From Antedon mediterranea (Eukaryota > Animalia > Echinodermata), in assembly GCF_964355755.1 (NCBI RefSeq), contig NC_092675.1, forward strand, positions 25,888,912-25,952,911: a stretch of DNA of 64,000 bases, in the 5' to 3' direction. Below are positions 27,401 through 39,378 of the stretch, in pieces; position 1 is the stretch's first letter, and each line of letters starts with the position of its first letter. The notes beneath the pieces were generated by a model. That model made no database searches, had not been told where the DNA came from, and saw only the letters and a list, made by a program, of their open reading frames with translations. Position numbers and translations under genes: made by a program.

Positions 27401-27914
27401 GTGTACCGAGGGCACAATATTATGTCTATATTTTTGAATGCGAAGAACTGTCCAACCAATCGGAGCAAAGAAATGTCTTCAGCCGATTTTATTCGCGCAA
27501 ATCGAAAGCGCCAGCTTATACGCATGCGTATTCATATTTCCATCTTCTAAATCCCACTCTACGCATGCGTCTATACTAGAAGAAAACGAGCTTAATTCAT
27601 TTTTAGTTTTAAATGCAGTAGAAAATGCCGCGAACTTTTGTTGTTCTCATCACGTCAACGGAAAAGTTCATGACTTATGTTTAGAGAAATGTTTAAAATC
27701 ATCACATAACGATAACCATGTATTAAAAGTGTACTAATAATTATGCTATTTTTTAGAACCTGCATCAGAATATGATTCCTCCTGGTTAGTACTCTTTTTA
27801 CGAAGTGATGAATGTGTTGCTGGTCTCTGCCAATGTGATGTTGAAGCTGCAAAATGTTTCGCACAGCAGGAATTGAACGAAAACTACAAAAACCACCCCA
27901 AAAATACCTGCTAA
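24475..27914 (+). CDS. Group I secretory phospholipase A2 #4 (168 aa), divergent from #3
   Basis: Exons 24475-24514, 26068-26239, 26819-26955, 27757-27914. Signal peptide, RHKR/DLIQF, YGCYCGKGG, CCKVHDDCY, CQCDV, 14 mature Cys. Confidence 0.92.
25575..25695 (+). mobile_element. 5'-truncated copy of the hammerhead-bearing repeat
   Basis: CGATCAAAGTATATTGATCGAAACGTCGAGAAACT...GATTTCGCCATGC; lacks CTGAGGA. Flanked by a 29-bp direct repeat (25548-25576 / 25760-25788). Confidence 0.7.
26994..27340. mobile_element. Kolobok-like MITE (TTAA target, AGATGTATTGTCCCC TIR)
   Basis: TTAAAGATGTATTGTCCCCC...GGGGGACAATACATCTTTAA. Related copies at ~24529-24818 and ~50005-50358. Confidence 0.75.
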
Positions 27915-29232
27915 TCATGGATTGCCGACTGCGAGCATATTTTAAGTAATTTTAGAGCGAAGGAAAAATATAAAATTATAATTTTAGTTTTAAACAGACT
28001 TACAAATATAAAACTATGTTTAAACATTACAATACTAGGATGGATATGTAATAGATAGGCATACCGTATTTATGTAATAAATAAATAAATGGGTAGAAGA
28101 AAAATCAGAAATGACAGTCTTTTTCATTGAAGAGAATAAAATAATTGAAACTAAGTGCATGAGAATAAAATGCACTCTATAATATAGTTGAAATACTGTA
28201 AAGTGGTCAATTTGATGGTCCGTCAATAAGAATATTGTAGCTGTTTTATCGTCATAATAATCAATTATAATCATAATCGATTATTGGCATTTATGGTAAC
28301 AATAGAAATTATAACGATTTATACATTTATAATATAATAACATATAATATCAGTGGTGGATCCAGGATAGTCATGAGTCGCATGGTCATTGGAAATGAAG
28401 TGGTATGGCATGAACCTGGTGGGCCATATACACTGCCCCCCGCCACACTCTTTCATGGATGCGACACTGAGATAGTCTTTCGTTGTCGTTTAGGCTAAAA
28501 CATAGACTTATTTTCTCGATTTCCATTTCATTGTTTAGTACTGGACTAAACAACTCCTGGCGTACCGTTCATTTGTGATATAACTGGCCAATACAAAAAT
28601 CGGCTTTTAATCCGATCAGACTGTTCAAAGACACCTTCAAAAGTTTACGTTTAAAAATTAATCAGCAAAGGCATTGTAACTACTAAGTCCTTTGATCACA
28701 AGCATGCAATTAGGCATTAGTTAATCAATATATCCCAGTTAAAGTTCTACGACCGGCGCGGTATAAACAATAACTTCTGAGTTAGTCTATCCTTTTAATT
28801 ATAGCCACACTTTCAATCGTGGTTTTGAAGATATGTACAGTAGGGTCTACTGTAATGCACTATTAGACTTTCAGCTAAAACAACGGTAAGTTTCACATTT
28901 TAAAGTGTATTTAATTTATTACGAAATTCTTAATTCGATTTAAAGGTCTCCTTCAAACTGTTAAAAGATTGCGTTATCAAGTGTTAAAATGTGTAAACAA
29001 TTAGCGAGTGCAGTTCGCAGATTCAAAATCTAAATTACTGTATATTTTTGTATATATTTATAGGCCTATAATACATAGTACTTTTGTTTTTACATACTTA
29101 GATGCGTAATGTACAATTTCCTCCAGGAAAACACACAGCATGCCTATGCTTTTCTATTTTATTAATGACGTCCTGGAATAACTTTGCTTGTTTCTATTTC
29201 TATGATCATTGTCTTTAGGCCTAGATAGTGCT

Positions 29233-29802
29233 ATGGATATTGAAATAATAAACGAAGATGGAGAGATCGACTCGGGCTCAGAAATCGACGTTGAAGACGA
29301 AAATAACGTACAGGAAACCAAGAAAAATAAGCAAAGTAAAGCAACGATAGCCGCCAAGATACTAAACGACTTTGCTCAAAAACGCCTAGAATTTACTATT
29401 TCCCATTTGGAAAAAGAATTTCAAAGTAAAACAAATATTCTCACATCTCAACAAAAAGATCTAAAAAAGGAGCTTGTTGTTATAAACCCAGCCAGCAAAC
29501 CTGTACCAAAAAAGGGCCTGGTCATTCCTCAGGGCCTGACGAAGAAACAAGTGGACAAATTTAAAAAGAACCACTCAAAAAAAGTTCGTCAATCAAACTT
29601 AAGCATGTCACTGAAGGAGTATGATGATGCGAAGAAAAAGCGTGATGAAGAAATGAAAGAAAAGCGTCTTGCTGATTCTAAAGAAGACATCGAGCAAAGA
29701 ACCAGCGCAATGGTGAGAAGAGGACGACGTGGTGCTATACAGCTAGATGACCGGTCACTTATTAAATTGAAAGGACCAAAGTCTGACACAATTACCAAAT
29801 GA
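29233..29802 (+). CDS. Uncharacterised Lys/Glu-rich coiled-coil protein (189 aa) with PKI-like RRGRRGAI motif
   Basis: 570-nt open frame from ATG 29233, just after an acceptor-like TTTAG/CTAG, with a possible upstream non-coding exon donor at ~28886. Coding-like composition. The AQKRL...LE...QQKDLKKEL segment loosely resembles the CCDC190-type coiled coil (from memory). Confidence 0.7.
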   Translation: MDIEIINEDGEIDSGSEIDVEDENNVQETKKNKQSKATIAAKILNDFAQKRLEFTISHLEKEFQSKTNILTSQQKDLKKELVVINPASKPVPKKGLVIPQGLTKKQVDKFKKNHSKKVRQSNLSMSLKEYDDAKKKRDEEMKEKRLADSKEDIEQRTSAMVRRGRRGAIQLDDRSLIKLKGPKSDTITK

Positions 29803-30565
29803 AAAATGCTGTTTAAAGAACCAATGTAGTTTGCCTAATGATTGCTACAGGAGTCTTACTAACCAAATCAGCACACAACACTGTACACATACGGACGCAC
29901 TAGACCCTAGGCTCTAATAGTACATAGTACTTGTCAAAATAACCCGTAAATAATCAACCTCACTGGACCAAACCTTACAGCATTGTGCACAGGTGTTTTT
30001 TAGTAGTACCAGAAAAAAAGAGTGCTAAAAATGGTAATATAAGCATAGCAGTTAAGCCAGTTAACTGGTAATCATTATTATTCTCTACACAATTGGCCGA
30101 GAGTTTTTAAATAATGTACAAGGTTGGTAAACAACTAATAAATACACAATCAATTTATTTGAAGCCGTGAGTTAATTTTTTATTTCAGATTGTAATGTTT
30201 CACAAATAAATTATTCAATGCTAATGCAGATATTAAAAAGATTTCAATTTCTAAAAATATATATTAATGATACAATTTATAATAATAATTGAGATGAAAA
30301 ATACCTTTTTCACAAATTACATTTGGAAATTTGAGTTGCATATGCTGCTGCAACATGTAGATGTTTTACATGCAAGATATTCAAAACACTACTGTAACAG
30401 CTTAATATAACCATACATTTTATTTCATTAAATTTAAATCTGTATTGCATTAATTCAATATTTTAATTACCATTTTTTTATGAATAAATGTTGGAAATAA
30501 GTACTATTGATAGTTGATAACGGCTTCTTTTTTTTTCTTTATGAAGTTAATTCCTGATCAATTTC

Positions 30566-33500
30566 TTATATCTTATTGAATGCTACCACATCCATACTTT
30601 GAACCTGTGTATAGGAAGAATAAGAACAAAGACAATTATTAAATTGTTCAATACAGGTGTGGGATGGGGATTCATATTTCATAAAGATAGCGATGTGATG
30701 ATGTGAACTGGACTCATTACAGACATTTCCTACTTAAAACTTTCAAATATATACAGTACTAAATATAGAACTTGGAACAATTGCATTTGCTCTATAAATA
30801 TATTAAAAGATTTTCTTTATTTTTTTATTTTATTTTATTCAATCGAAACCAACAGCGATAATTACCGCCACTAACAGGTTTGATAAACAAACCTTGATTG
30901 ATCCCAACATTGATCAAGGGCTTCTCTCGTCCAGTGCTCACTTTGACCAGAGGAAAGGCATGGGCCAATACGTCTGAGGCAGATACCAGATGCAGAGGCT
31001 GCTATAAGAGTCGGCAATGCTGATTTTAAATGTCTAACAGGACCCCAGCTCTATATACAGCACCCGATATTCCCAGATGGTCTCCCAAGCCAGGCCCAAT
31101 GTTGCTTAACTTAACGTGATCTGACGAGAACCGGTGTTACAACGTGGTAAAGCCGGTCTATCCCCTTATGCTTGCTTTACCTTCTATTAAATAGCGCACC
31201 CTCTGACACTGCTTGCCTTTTTTCACATATTTTTCTACAGAATTTACCTATTAATACTGTAAGAATTTATTTGTAAAATACAGTAAGATTACAATGAAAA
31301 GTTGACTTACAAAATCTTCTATATTTGTAATTTTCTCCTCAAGAAAATCTGTACCAACTTTATCATCTTCTACCACACATGATATTTGCAGCTTTTTGAT
31401 ACCATACGCTACTGGAACTAGTTTTCCTAAAAAAACATAACACAGTAAATGCATTTAACATAAGTAAGTATTCAAATTGAAATCAATTTTAAATTAAAGT
31501 GGTTACTACTCTAATGAAGCAGAACAGAACAGACTATATTTATCATTAGGCACCTTTAGTTCTGATAAAGGGGTCATTTAGCTACTAAATAATAAAACCC
31601 AGTAGAAATCTTTTCATAATCAATGGCAATAGCATGAATTCGGTTGCACATAATGCTGATTTCAGAAATTTAGCGATATCATGGCTACGCGATTTTTACC
31701 AATAAAATGACATTTTGGGGAGAGCTAGCTTGTCATCTATCTGATGTAAAATAACACAAGGCCAATACTGCTTGTGGCGAAGTTCGTCGAAAATGCCAAT
31801 TAATTAGTTTTAGTTAGTTACACGATAGAATAGATAATAGTCGAATATTTGGGTCTACTATAAGCTGGAGAAAAATAATATAAGATATGGCCATTTGAGC
31901 GTGCGAGTATAATGCGTATTCACAGTCAAAACCGACTACATCAATTTGGTGTCGATGTCACGCTCTGTACATTAGTAGTAAACTGGCTTTGTTGTCGGAA
32001 CGAAAGTTTTTTAATTTTAATATATTTATTTAGGTACAAACGCATTCAACTTCCAACCAACATATATACGACCCCCGGGAGAGGGGCGTCACTTGTCCGA
32101 CGTGCGTCATACCTTATGAATACCATGACGCACCCGTGCGAAAAAAATGTGACTCGCCTTTATTTTGACGCATTTTGACCATGTTGTTTATGATAAGGTG
32201 GGTGGTAAAGTGACGGACATTGACACACCTTGTTCATTGATGTGACGTACAATTTAGGTTTTTTGACACACCCCTGCGTCGGTAATTATTTGTAAATGAC
32301 GCACCTCTCCCGTGGGTCATACAATAGACAAGTGCATTAAGTGAAGTGAAGAAATGTAAATCTTGACCTATAAATGTATAAATAACAATCTTCATGATTA
32401 CCTGTGCCCCATAAAAGTCCATCTGTTTTAATCTCACGAACCTTCTTTTCTAGCTCTTTCATATCGGTTTCATCATCCCACTGAAAGTAAAAACATAATA
32501 TATCAGGGCTGGTATTTATCAATCTTTTTGCTTAAGTCAAGAGAAACCAGTTCCATTTTATGTTAATTAAGGAATAAAATATTACATAAAACAAACAATT
32601 TACCGGTTTGACATCAAGAATGATGTTAGATTTGGCAATCAATGTTGGCTCTGAAAAAAATTATAAAGTAATACAATTAAAAGCATACTGAAGGAACATC
32701 AGATCAAAATAATAAAGATGTATAAAATCAAACTTTGTTAGAATAGGCCAATTTTTGTAAAGCTACTTACATTTGAACACAACACTAATTATTATTTCAC
32801 TTTATAAAGACTATTAACACTTACATTTAATCAAAAACTTCCCGACTTTAATGGGTAAATCAGGTAAATAATGTTTCATATATTTGGTCCAAGTGAATAA
32901 GTATTATACGACTCATTAAACAGTTTTAAAAATTAATTTTTTCATCGGACAATATATCTTTAACGGATAAAACATACTTACTTTTTGCTTTCTTAGCATC
33001 ATATGCTGCAATACGTTCTGCTTTTATCTTTGCTAATTCTTCAGCCTTAAATAAAAGGGTTTGATAATTTTAAAAAACCAAATATAACAATATCATCATC
33101 AGTTGGGCCTCTTGTCTAATGACATAAAGCTTTCCACTATTTTATGCCATTTTCCGTTGTCGTTGTCAGGATGATTTGGTTTTTTCTGTATAATTTAATT
33201 ATGTAGATTTTGGTCTTTCACTCTGTTTCCTTACTTTTCTGCTTTTACAATAAAATATTCTTAAGCTCTACCCTAACTAGTTTGAAAAAAAAAGTGTGAT
33301 ATGCCAAAATATGGCCACATCACATTTGTTGTCACATACAGTTTGATAGTGTAGACAGAGCTTTAAACTTACATCTTCATCATCAGTATCACCAAATAAA
33401 TCTTCATCGTCATCGTCATCATCTGCTTCCACGGCTTCCTAGAAGAAAAAGAAAATGAATTTGATTCAATACACCATGCTATTCAATAACACTGAAACAT

Positions 33501-36500
33501 TCAAATCACACATAAATAACACGCTTAAATTAAGTATATCATCACTTTGTAAAAAAAGACTCAATACAGTACATTGTGTTCCTATTTTGATTTATTCCAG
33601 TTCTAAAGGCCAACTCAGACAGCATCGTACGAGGTCCGACGAGATGTCTTGACTCGTCTGTGCTGTCTGAGTTGAATCCAGACAAGATGGGTCGTCGTGA
33701 GATAGCATCGGGGGTAGTTTTAGGTCGTCGTGAGCATTTTAAACATGTTTAATTTTCACCCGACGGGACGACTTGTATGCGCGCACGCGTTGCAAGGTTT
33801 GTTGCATAATCTTGAATTCAACCAATCAGAAGCGCAGGCGATATAGTCGCGTCGGGCTGTCTGAGTTGAGTTGTCGCGGAGCGTTGGCAGGATTGTCTGT
33901 CGGCAGGACTTCGAAAAGACAAGACGTTTTATCGGGCCTCGTCGTATCGCCTTAACAAATTTACTGTTTGAAGTATCAATGTAAATTGTTAAAACAATGT
34001 GTTATTATAGGTTTCAAACATCGAAGTACAGTCTGGAAACCTCTACGTATGGGATATACAAGAGTTCCAGCTGTTAATACAAACAAATATATGATTCTTC
34101 TGTTGCAAAGGGTACAAAATCATACAGCCTGTATAAGGTAACGTTTTATTACTATTTGACGTTTTCCTATGTGGTTCATATATATGTTTAGGCTATATCC
34201 GTCATTTTTTTTGTATGTTGGACTACAAGCATTTGTAATTTCTTCAGATTTTTGGAAATAATCATTTTTTCTTTAAATGTCTTTATGTCTACCTCATTTA
34301 CTCCATTCACTTGTGGTGTACCAGCTGCTTTTTCTAATGCTGCTACTCGTGCAAATAATTTGGATACATCTGCTCTCAAATCCTCGGTAACTTAAAAAGA
34401 AAGATGTAAAGAATATCAATAAACACTATAAACAAGTAATGCGATCAGTAAAACATTGAAAAAGTGAGTGCAATAGTAAAATGAAAATGAATGATAAAAA
34501 TATCTACAGTATATTTTAAAATAAGGTGGTCCATGCGGCTACAATTGAGTAGTCTAGCCTCGACTACTATCCTGCAGGAGGATAGCAGTCGAGGAGCAAG
34601 GAGTAACTAAAGCCTGAGTCAAGAGTGCCTACTGATGCCTTTGCGAGTGTACCCAAAAATCTTTGTTGGTTAATACTAATTCTTGCAACAACTTCATTCA
34701 CAAATGGTGCATTTCATTCTGCCTTGAACTGAAAGCAGTAGGCATTGCCAGAAAATAGCTCAAAAAGACCTGCTAAAATCAAGTAAAAGGATGTGGTATG
34801 CAGTATATTAAATTACCTTTTTTTAATAATTTATTTTCCTTTTCAATCTCTTCAAACCTTTGACTTGAAACTCCTGAATCCGGTACAGCAACACCTACTT
34901 TTAAACCAACACCCTGAGAAGAAAATATAGGATAAATCCAACGACATGAATCAGTATAAACATTTTGAATTTTAATCTAAATGATTTAATCACACACATA
35001 GATTAGGCATAATGCTGAACGTTTAAATTTACTCATACAAACAAAAGAAAATTCACTCAAAAAATTATTTATGTACACAGATTTTAAAAATAAAAAAACA
35101 TTACAATGCTGTACTGTACTTGGCAAGATATGTATTAACATAGAATACTGTCGGTGTTGTCAATTTTGCATACTTCAAAAAGGTTTACGCCCGTATTCTT
35201 AAACCGGACTTTAGTCGTAGTTCGAGCTAAAACTAAAAAAAATGACGTCATTTTAATTCATAAACGGAACTTTAACTAAATCACCGACTAAATCAGGCCA
35301 ACCTCGACTAAATCGAGACGGATTTTGATCGATTTTTTTAGTCCTGGAGGGGGCAGACTAAATGGTCGACTAAATGGTTTTTAAACGATGTTTATAAAAA
35401 ACGTAACAGTCATTGAGTTGTTATTATTGGCCCCATAGCGACAATGGGAGATGCGGCAATTCACCACGCGATGGAATGTTTAGGGGGCCTAGCGCTTTCT
35501 TGTCACGCTATGAAGTGCGTGGTTCGTGGCGATCATACTTTGTTGGGGCCTAGAAAATATAAAAGTTACCGTACCGCCATGGTTCCTAAATATATTTTTA
35601 AGATTTTATTTGTTGTTAATCAAATATACTTCACTGTTAAATTAATACTGATATTGTTCTAATAATTAACGATTAAAATTATTTTTCATGTATATAGTCC
35701 TGATGCGTAAAAAGTGTTGTAAGAAATGGAAAGTGATATCAATGCGCAAAATTTCGTCTGCTCCTCAAATACTCTCTTGTCATTGGCCAATGTATAGCCT
35801 TTGTTACCGAGACGTGTGCAACTCGACTAAAAGCTCGACTTCATTAAGTCGAACTGCAAACTTCGACTACTTCGTTTTTGAATCGAATTTGAAGTAATAG
35901 CTCGAACTACGACTTTTCCAAGTCGAACTTCGAACTACGACTAAAGTCCGGTTTAAGAATACGGGCGTTAGTCTTACTTGCAAATATAAAAATTGCATAA
36001 AGGTTTAGTCTTACTTGCAAATATAAAAATTGCATACATGTTTTGTAGTTTTGTTAGTAGAAAATTGAATTGAATACAGATGTGAAGTTTTGTAATACAA
36101 GTGCCAATAAAATGTCTATAAATAAAACTTGTTTTGGTGTTTTTTTTGTATTAGTAATTAAGTGCATAATATTGCACAAATATTTGTTATTTCTGTAATA
36201 ATAATAAAGTAATAGTGCGCCAATTCCATATTCTATAAAATTATCTGTCTTTAAGAATTCATTTCATTACACTTTCATTACATCACATTACCAGGGTGTG
36301 GCATATTATAAAATAGCAATCCTTTTCAATAAAACAATAAAATAAAACAAATATACTGTAAATGATAACAAAATTAAAAGGAAAATATGTTGTTTAAATA
36401 TAACAATCAGAATAATTATTTTATAAAACAAACATAGTTACTGTACAAAAATAATTATCTTGACATAAAAAACCAACAACATTGCTAATTTGAACAAGTA

Positions 36501-38065
36501 GCACAGCACATTCGTATTTATCAAATGTGTTCTACAAAACGAAGATGAAATGGGAAGGGGGATATGGAGAGAGAGACCAACTAATAGATACAGTATACCG
36601 CAACATACATGGAATACACACACAAAGTAAATGCCATGCCAGAATTCAATAACATACCGATATGCTAAACTGTCAAGAAGCAGTAAAGAAATGTAGAAAA
36701 ATGTCAAATAAATTATCGTAATTGATCAATGATAAGGACATGCAGAAAACCAAATTAGTGGTTTCATAAAATCAAGTAATATAATGGGTAAGGTATAAAG
36801 GTTTTCACTTACCACTACTGTAGTACAGTAATGCATTGAAAGATTGTTAATGTTTATATTGTTAATGTTAAAAAAGATGTCCCATAAAAGTATTTGTATA
36901 GAAAAAGTAAATTAAAAAGCAACAAAATGGATTTGAGTGTATATTAAGAAATCAATAAAAAAAAAGTTAAAATTAGTAATCACATCATAATTTTAAGCCA
37001 AGTCCACCTATTAAGAAAAAGATTGGATAACTTAGCTAGTGACACAAGGCGTGCATAGGTGGAGCAGTACTGTAAATTTTTTGCAAGTAATGCGGATAGC
37101 TACTCACATCAGTATTAAGTGAGGATTGTATGTTTTGTCGGGCACGAGCTATCTCACTCACAAGATTGCTGCTAGAGCAGGCACCACCAGAGCTCTGCAA
37201 ATTAATGCAAAGAGAGAAGAAAGTACACACAGAATTATGCACAGTAATTACTGTTCACTGTAGAGTTTAAATTAATAAGGACTGAACAATAAATTAAACT
37301 TATTAATTACATTTTTTGGTTATGAAAAAAAAGAGCATAAAATTTAGGCCCTACCAGCATGTTAGGAGAACAAGTAACTTCTTTATATTGTAAAAGAAAA
37401 ATTTATATTCCAATACTTTGCCCGAGATTGTTTATGTGTCAGGCCTTGTCTTTTGAAAATTATAGGTATGCTACAAATTGCACTCCTCAATACATTCAGG
37501 GATGCTGTAGGTGTGCTGTTTGTATTTTGGTGTGTAGAAATTTACCAAAATTAAGCGTGTTGTAAATCACACTCCTCAAGAGCAATTTAGGAGTATGTTA
37601 GGTGAGTGATCGCACTCGCTCGCTTTAAAAGACAAGGCCTGATGTGTGTATAGTCAACATTTTTATATAAAAATTCCCTTTTAAATTTTGCTTTTTATTA
37701 TAAATTAATAATACAGTAGAACCCTATGAAGAGGATACCTTCCGAACACATCAATATAGGGTTCCTCTCATTCATTTCAAAGAAAGTGTTCCCTGAATAG
37801 GAATGTCCCAATGGAGGGATTCTACTGTAGGATTTTTCTTCACTACACCCAAGGCAAAATGTAAAAACAAACAAATTTTAAAGACAAACAATGTTAATAT
37901 CAATGTGGAACAAAACTATGTTAATATAAAGCAACAACATTTAGTTACCTCGACAACAAGTCCTGCATGTTGGGATGCTAGCTTCTCATGATATTTTACT
38001 TCAGCATCCTCAACACGGCATTTGTCAAGCCACACAGACTCAAGTATCATTGGGGGTGGAGCCAT
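30566..38065 (-). CDS. EEF1D: Elongation factor 1-delta (eEF1B GEF subunit), 269 aa, 10 coding exons
   Basis: Exons 38065-37949, 37194-37108, 34913-34817, 34390-34293, 33438-33373, 33045-32982, 32650-32604, 32480-32402, 31426-31311, 30604-30566. Shows the delta-type N-terminus ([18 protein letters not shown], leucine zipper), [52 protein letters not shown] and [12 protein letters not shown]. Confidence 0.95.
30812..31160 (-). mobile_element. 5S rRNA-derived SINE (SINE3-type)
   Basis: 31160-31056 reads as degenerate 5S (TACCACGTTG..ACACCGGTTCTCGTCAGATCAC..AAGTTAAGCAAC..GGGAGACC..CTGGGAATATCGGGTGCTGTA) with an internal deletion. A ~215-bp unrelated body and an (AATAA)n tail follow. Confidence 0.75.
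33606..33955. mobile_element. CpG-rich non-autonomous DNA element in EF1D intron
   Basis: GC-rich block with CAACTCAGACAGC / GCTGTCTGAGTTG inverted motifs and AAGGC...GCCTT ends. Confidence 0.5.
35188..35967. mobile_element. PIF/Harbinger-like MITE, ~38-bp TIR, TTA TSD
   Basis: CGCCCGTATTCTTAAACCGGACTTTAGTCGTAGTTCGA / TCGAACTACGACTAAAGTCCGGTTTAAGAATACGGGCG with TTA on both sides. An empty-site copy AAGGTTTAGTC lies at ~36000. Confidence 0.85.
37713..37829. mobile_element. Tc1/mariner-type MITE
   Basis: TA-CAGTAGAACCCT...AGGGATTCTACTG-TA. Confidence 0.65.
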
Positions 38066-38693
38066 TTTAATGAAAATATTAATAGGCTTAGACCTGAAAA
38101 AAAAAAGAGATTTATAAATCATCATCTTGTCCTTTCCTACAGTACTACTAACTACGTACTAGCTAGGGGACTAAGCATAGAGTTTAGTTTAACTAGCCTA
38201 GGCCTAGATATAATTATTAATCATTAATGTATGGGTAAGTTTAGGACAGGTGGTAGAGTAGCGTATAATAGTAATAGTTAGGATTCCGGCACCGGAATTC
38301 AACTGCCCACTGTTAGGGAATCCGACACGCTATTGCGCATGCCCAGAGCGAAGTAATAAAAGCTTGCACTAGTGGTGGAGCCATTTTAATGAAAATATTA
38401 ATAGGCTTAGACCTGAAAAAAAAAAGAGATTTATAAATCATCATCTTGTCCTTTCCTACAGTACTACTAACTACGTACTAGCTAGGGGACTAAGCATAGA
38501 GTTTAGTTTAACTAGCCTAGGCCTAGATATAATTATTAATCATTAATGTATGGGTAAGTTTAGGACAGGTGGTAGAGTAGCGTATAATAGTAATAGTTAG
38601 GATTCCGGCACCGGAATTCAACTGCCCACTGTTAGGGAATCCGACACGCTATTGCGCATGCCCAGAGCGAAGTAATAAAAGCTTGCACTAGTG
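38055..38693. repeat. Perfect 319-bp tandem duplication including the EF1D acceptor and ATG
   Basis: 38055-38374 repeats at 38374-38693, with no difference seen by eye. Confidence 0.9.
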
Positions 38694-39378
38694 CCACAGA
38701 CCGCGCACACTACACCACCGTCGAGAGTCGGACGTTATAGAGATTTACTGTAGCCTATTTAGTCGTTGCGCGAGCGAGAGAGCGCGATGGATGAAACTTG
38801 GCCTAGGCCATACATGAATTAAATAATTAAAATACGACTGAGCCACGCGTTAAAATAATTATTATGATATGATTAAGAATCAGTATCTATCTAAGAATCG
38901 TAATAATGTAAATTTATTTGACAGAGGCAGTATGAAGTTCGGAACCGGAGAAAAACATAGGCCTGCCCAGTGTCATAACGCTTCGTATTTCAAGAAATGT
39001 ACGAAAGTGAATAGCGTAGCGTTGCGACTTCCCGAACAGTTCTGGTTTTTTTTTCACATCATATCCGCGCGGCGGCTGCCGTCAACAAATCAACTTGTAT
39101 ACGAGTGCATGTTATTACATTATAATGTGTTTTATGAAATCTTCTATTTTGTACTTGAAAAATCATAAAACTAGTCATGTAATTATAATTCATAATTATA
39201 TGAAGTTTATATATGAATAGGCTAGGCTTCGCCGTAGCGCAGCTATTAATCGATCCATCGCTGTTAGTCTGTAGAGTATACTATTATAGAGTCACCGATT
39301 ACCTCGCTCTGGGCATGCGCAATAGGGTGTCGGATTCCCCAACGCTGGGCAGTTGAGTTCCGGTGCCGGAATCCTAAC
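38596..39378. mobile_element. Non-autonomous DNA transposon with ~80-bp TIRs
   Basis: GTTAGGATTCCGGCACCGGAATTCAACTGCCCA...GCCCAGAGCGAAGTAAT is inverted at ~39298-39378. Confidence 0.75.

Noticed and set aside
31056-31160. Functional 5S rRNA gene
   Set aside because: Internal deletion in the control region, many substitutions, no terminator, and it continues into a SINE-like body.
33100-33118. Short similarity to the human U17/SNORA73 hinge (AGTTGGGCCTCTTGTCT)
   Set aside because: Antisense to the host gene and lacks the U17 m1/m2 motifs; treated as chance.
36438-36707. 89-aa hydrophobic ORF in an EF1D intron
   Set aside because: T-rich composition explains it, and no usable splice sites were found.
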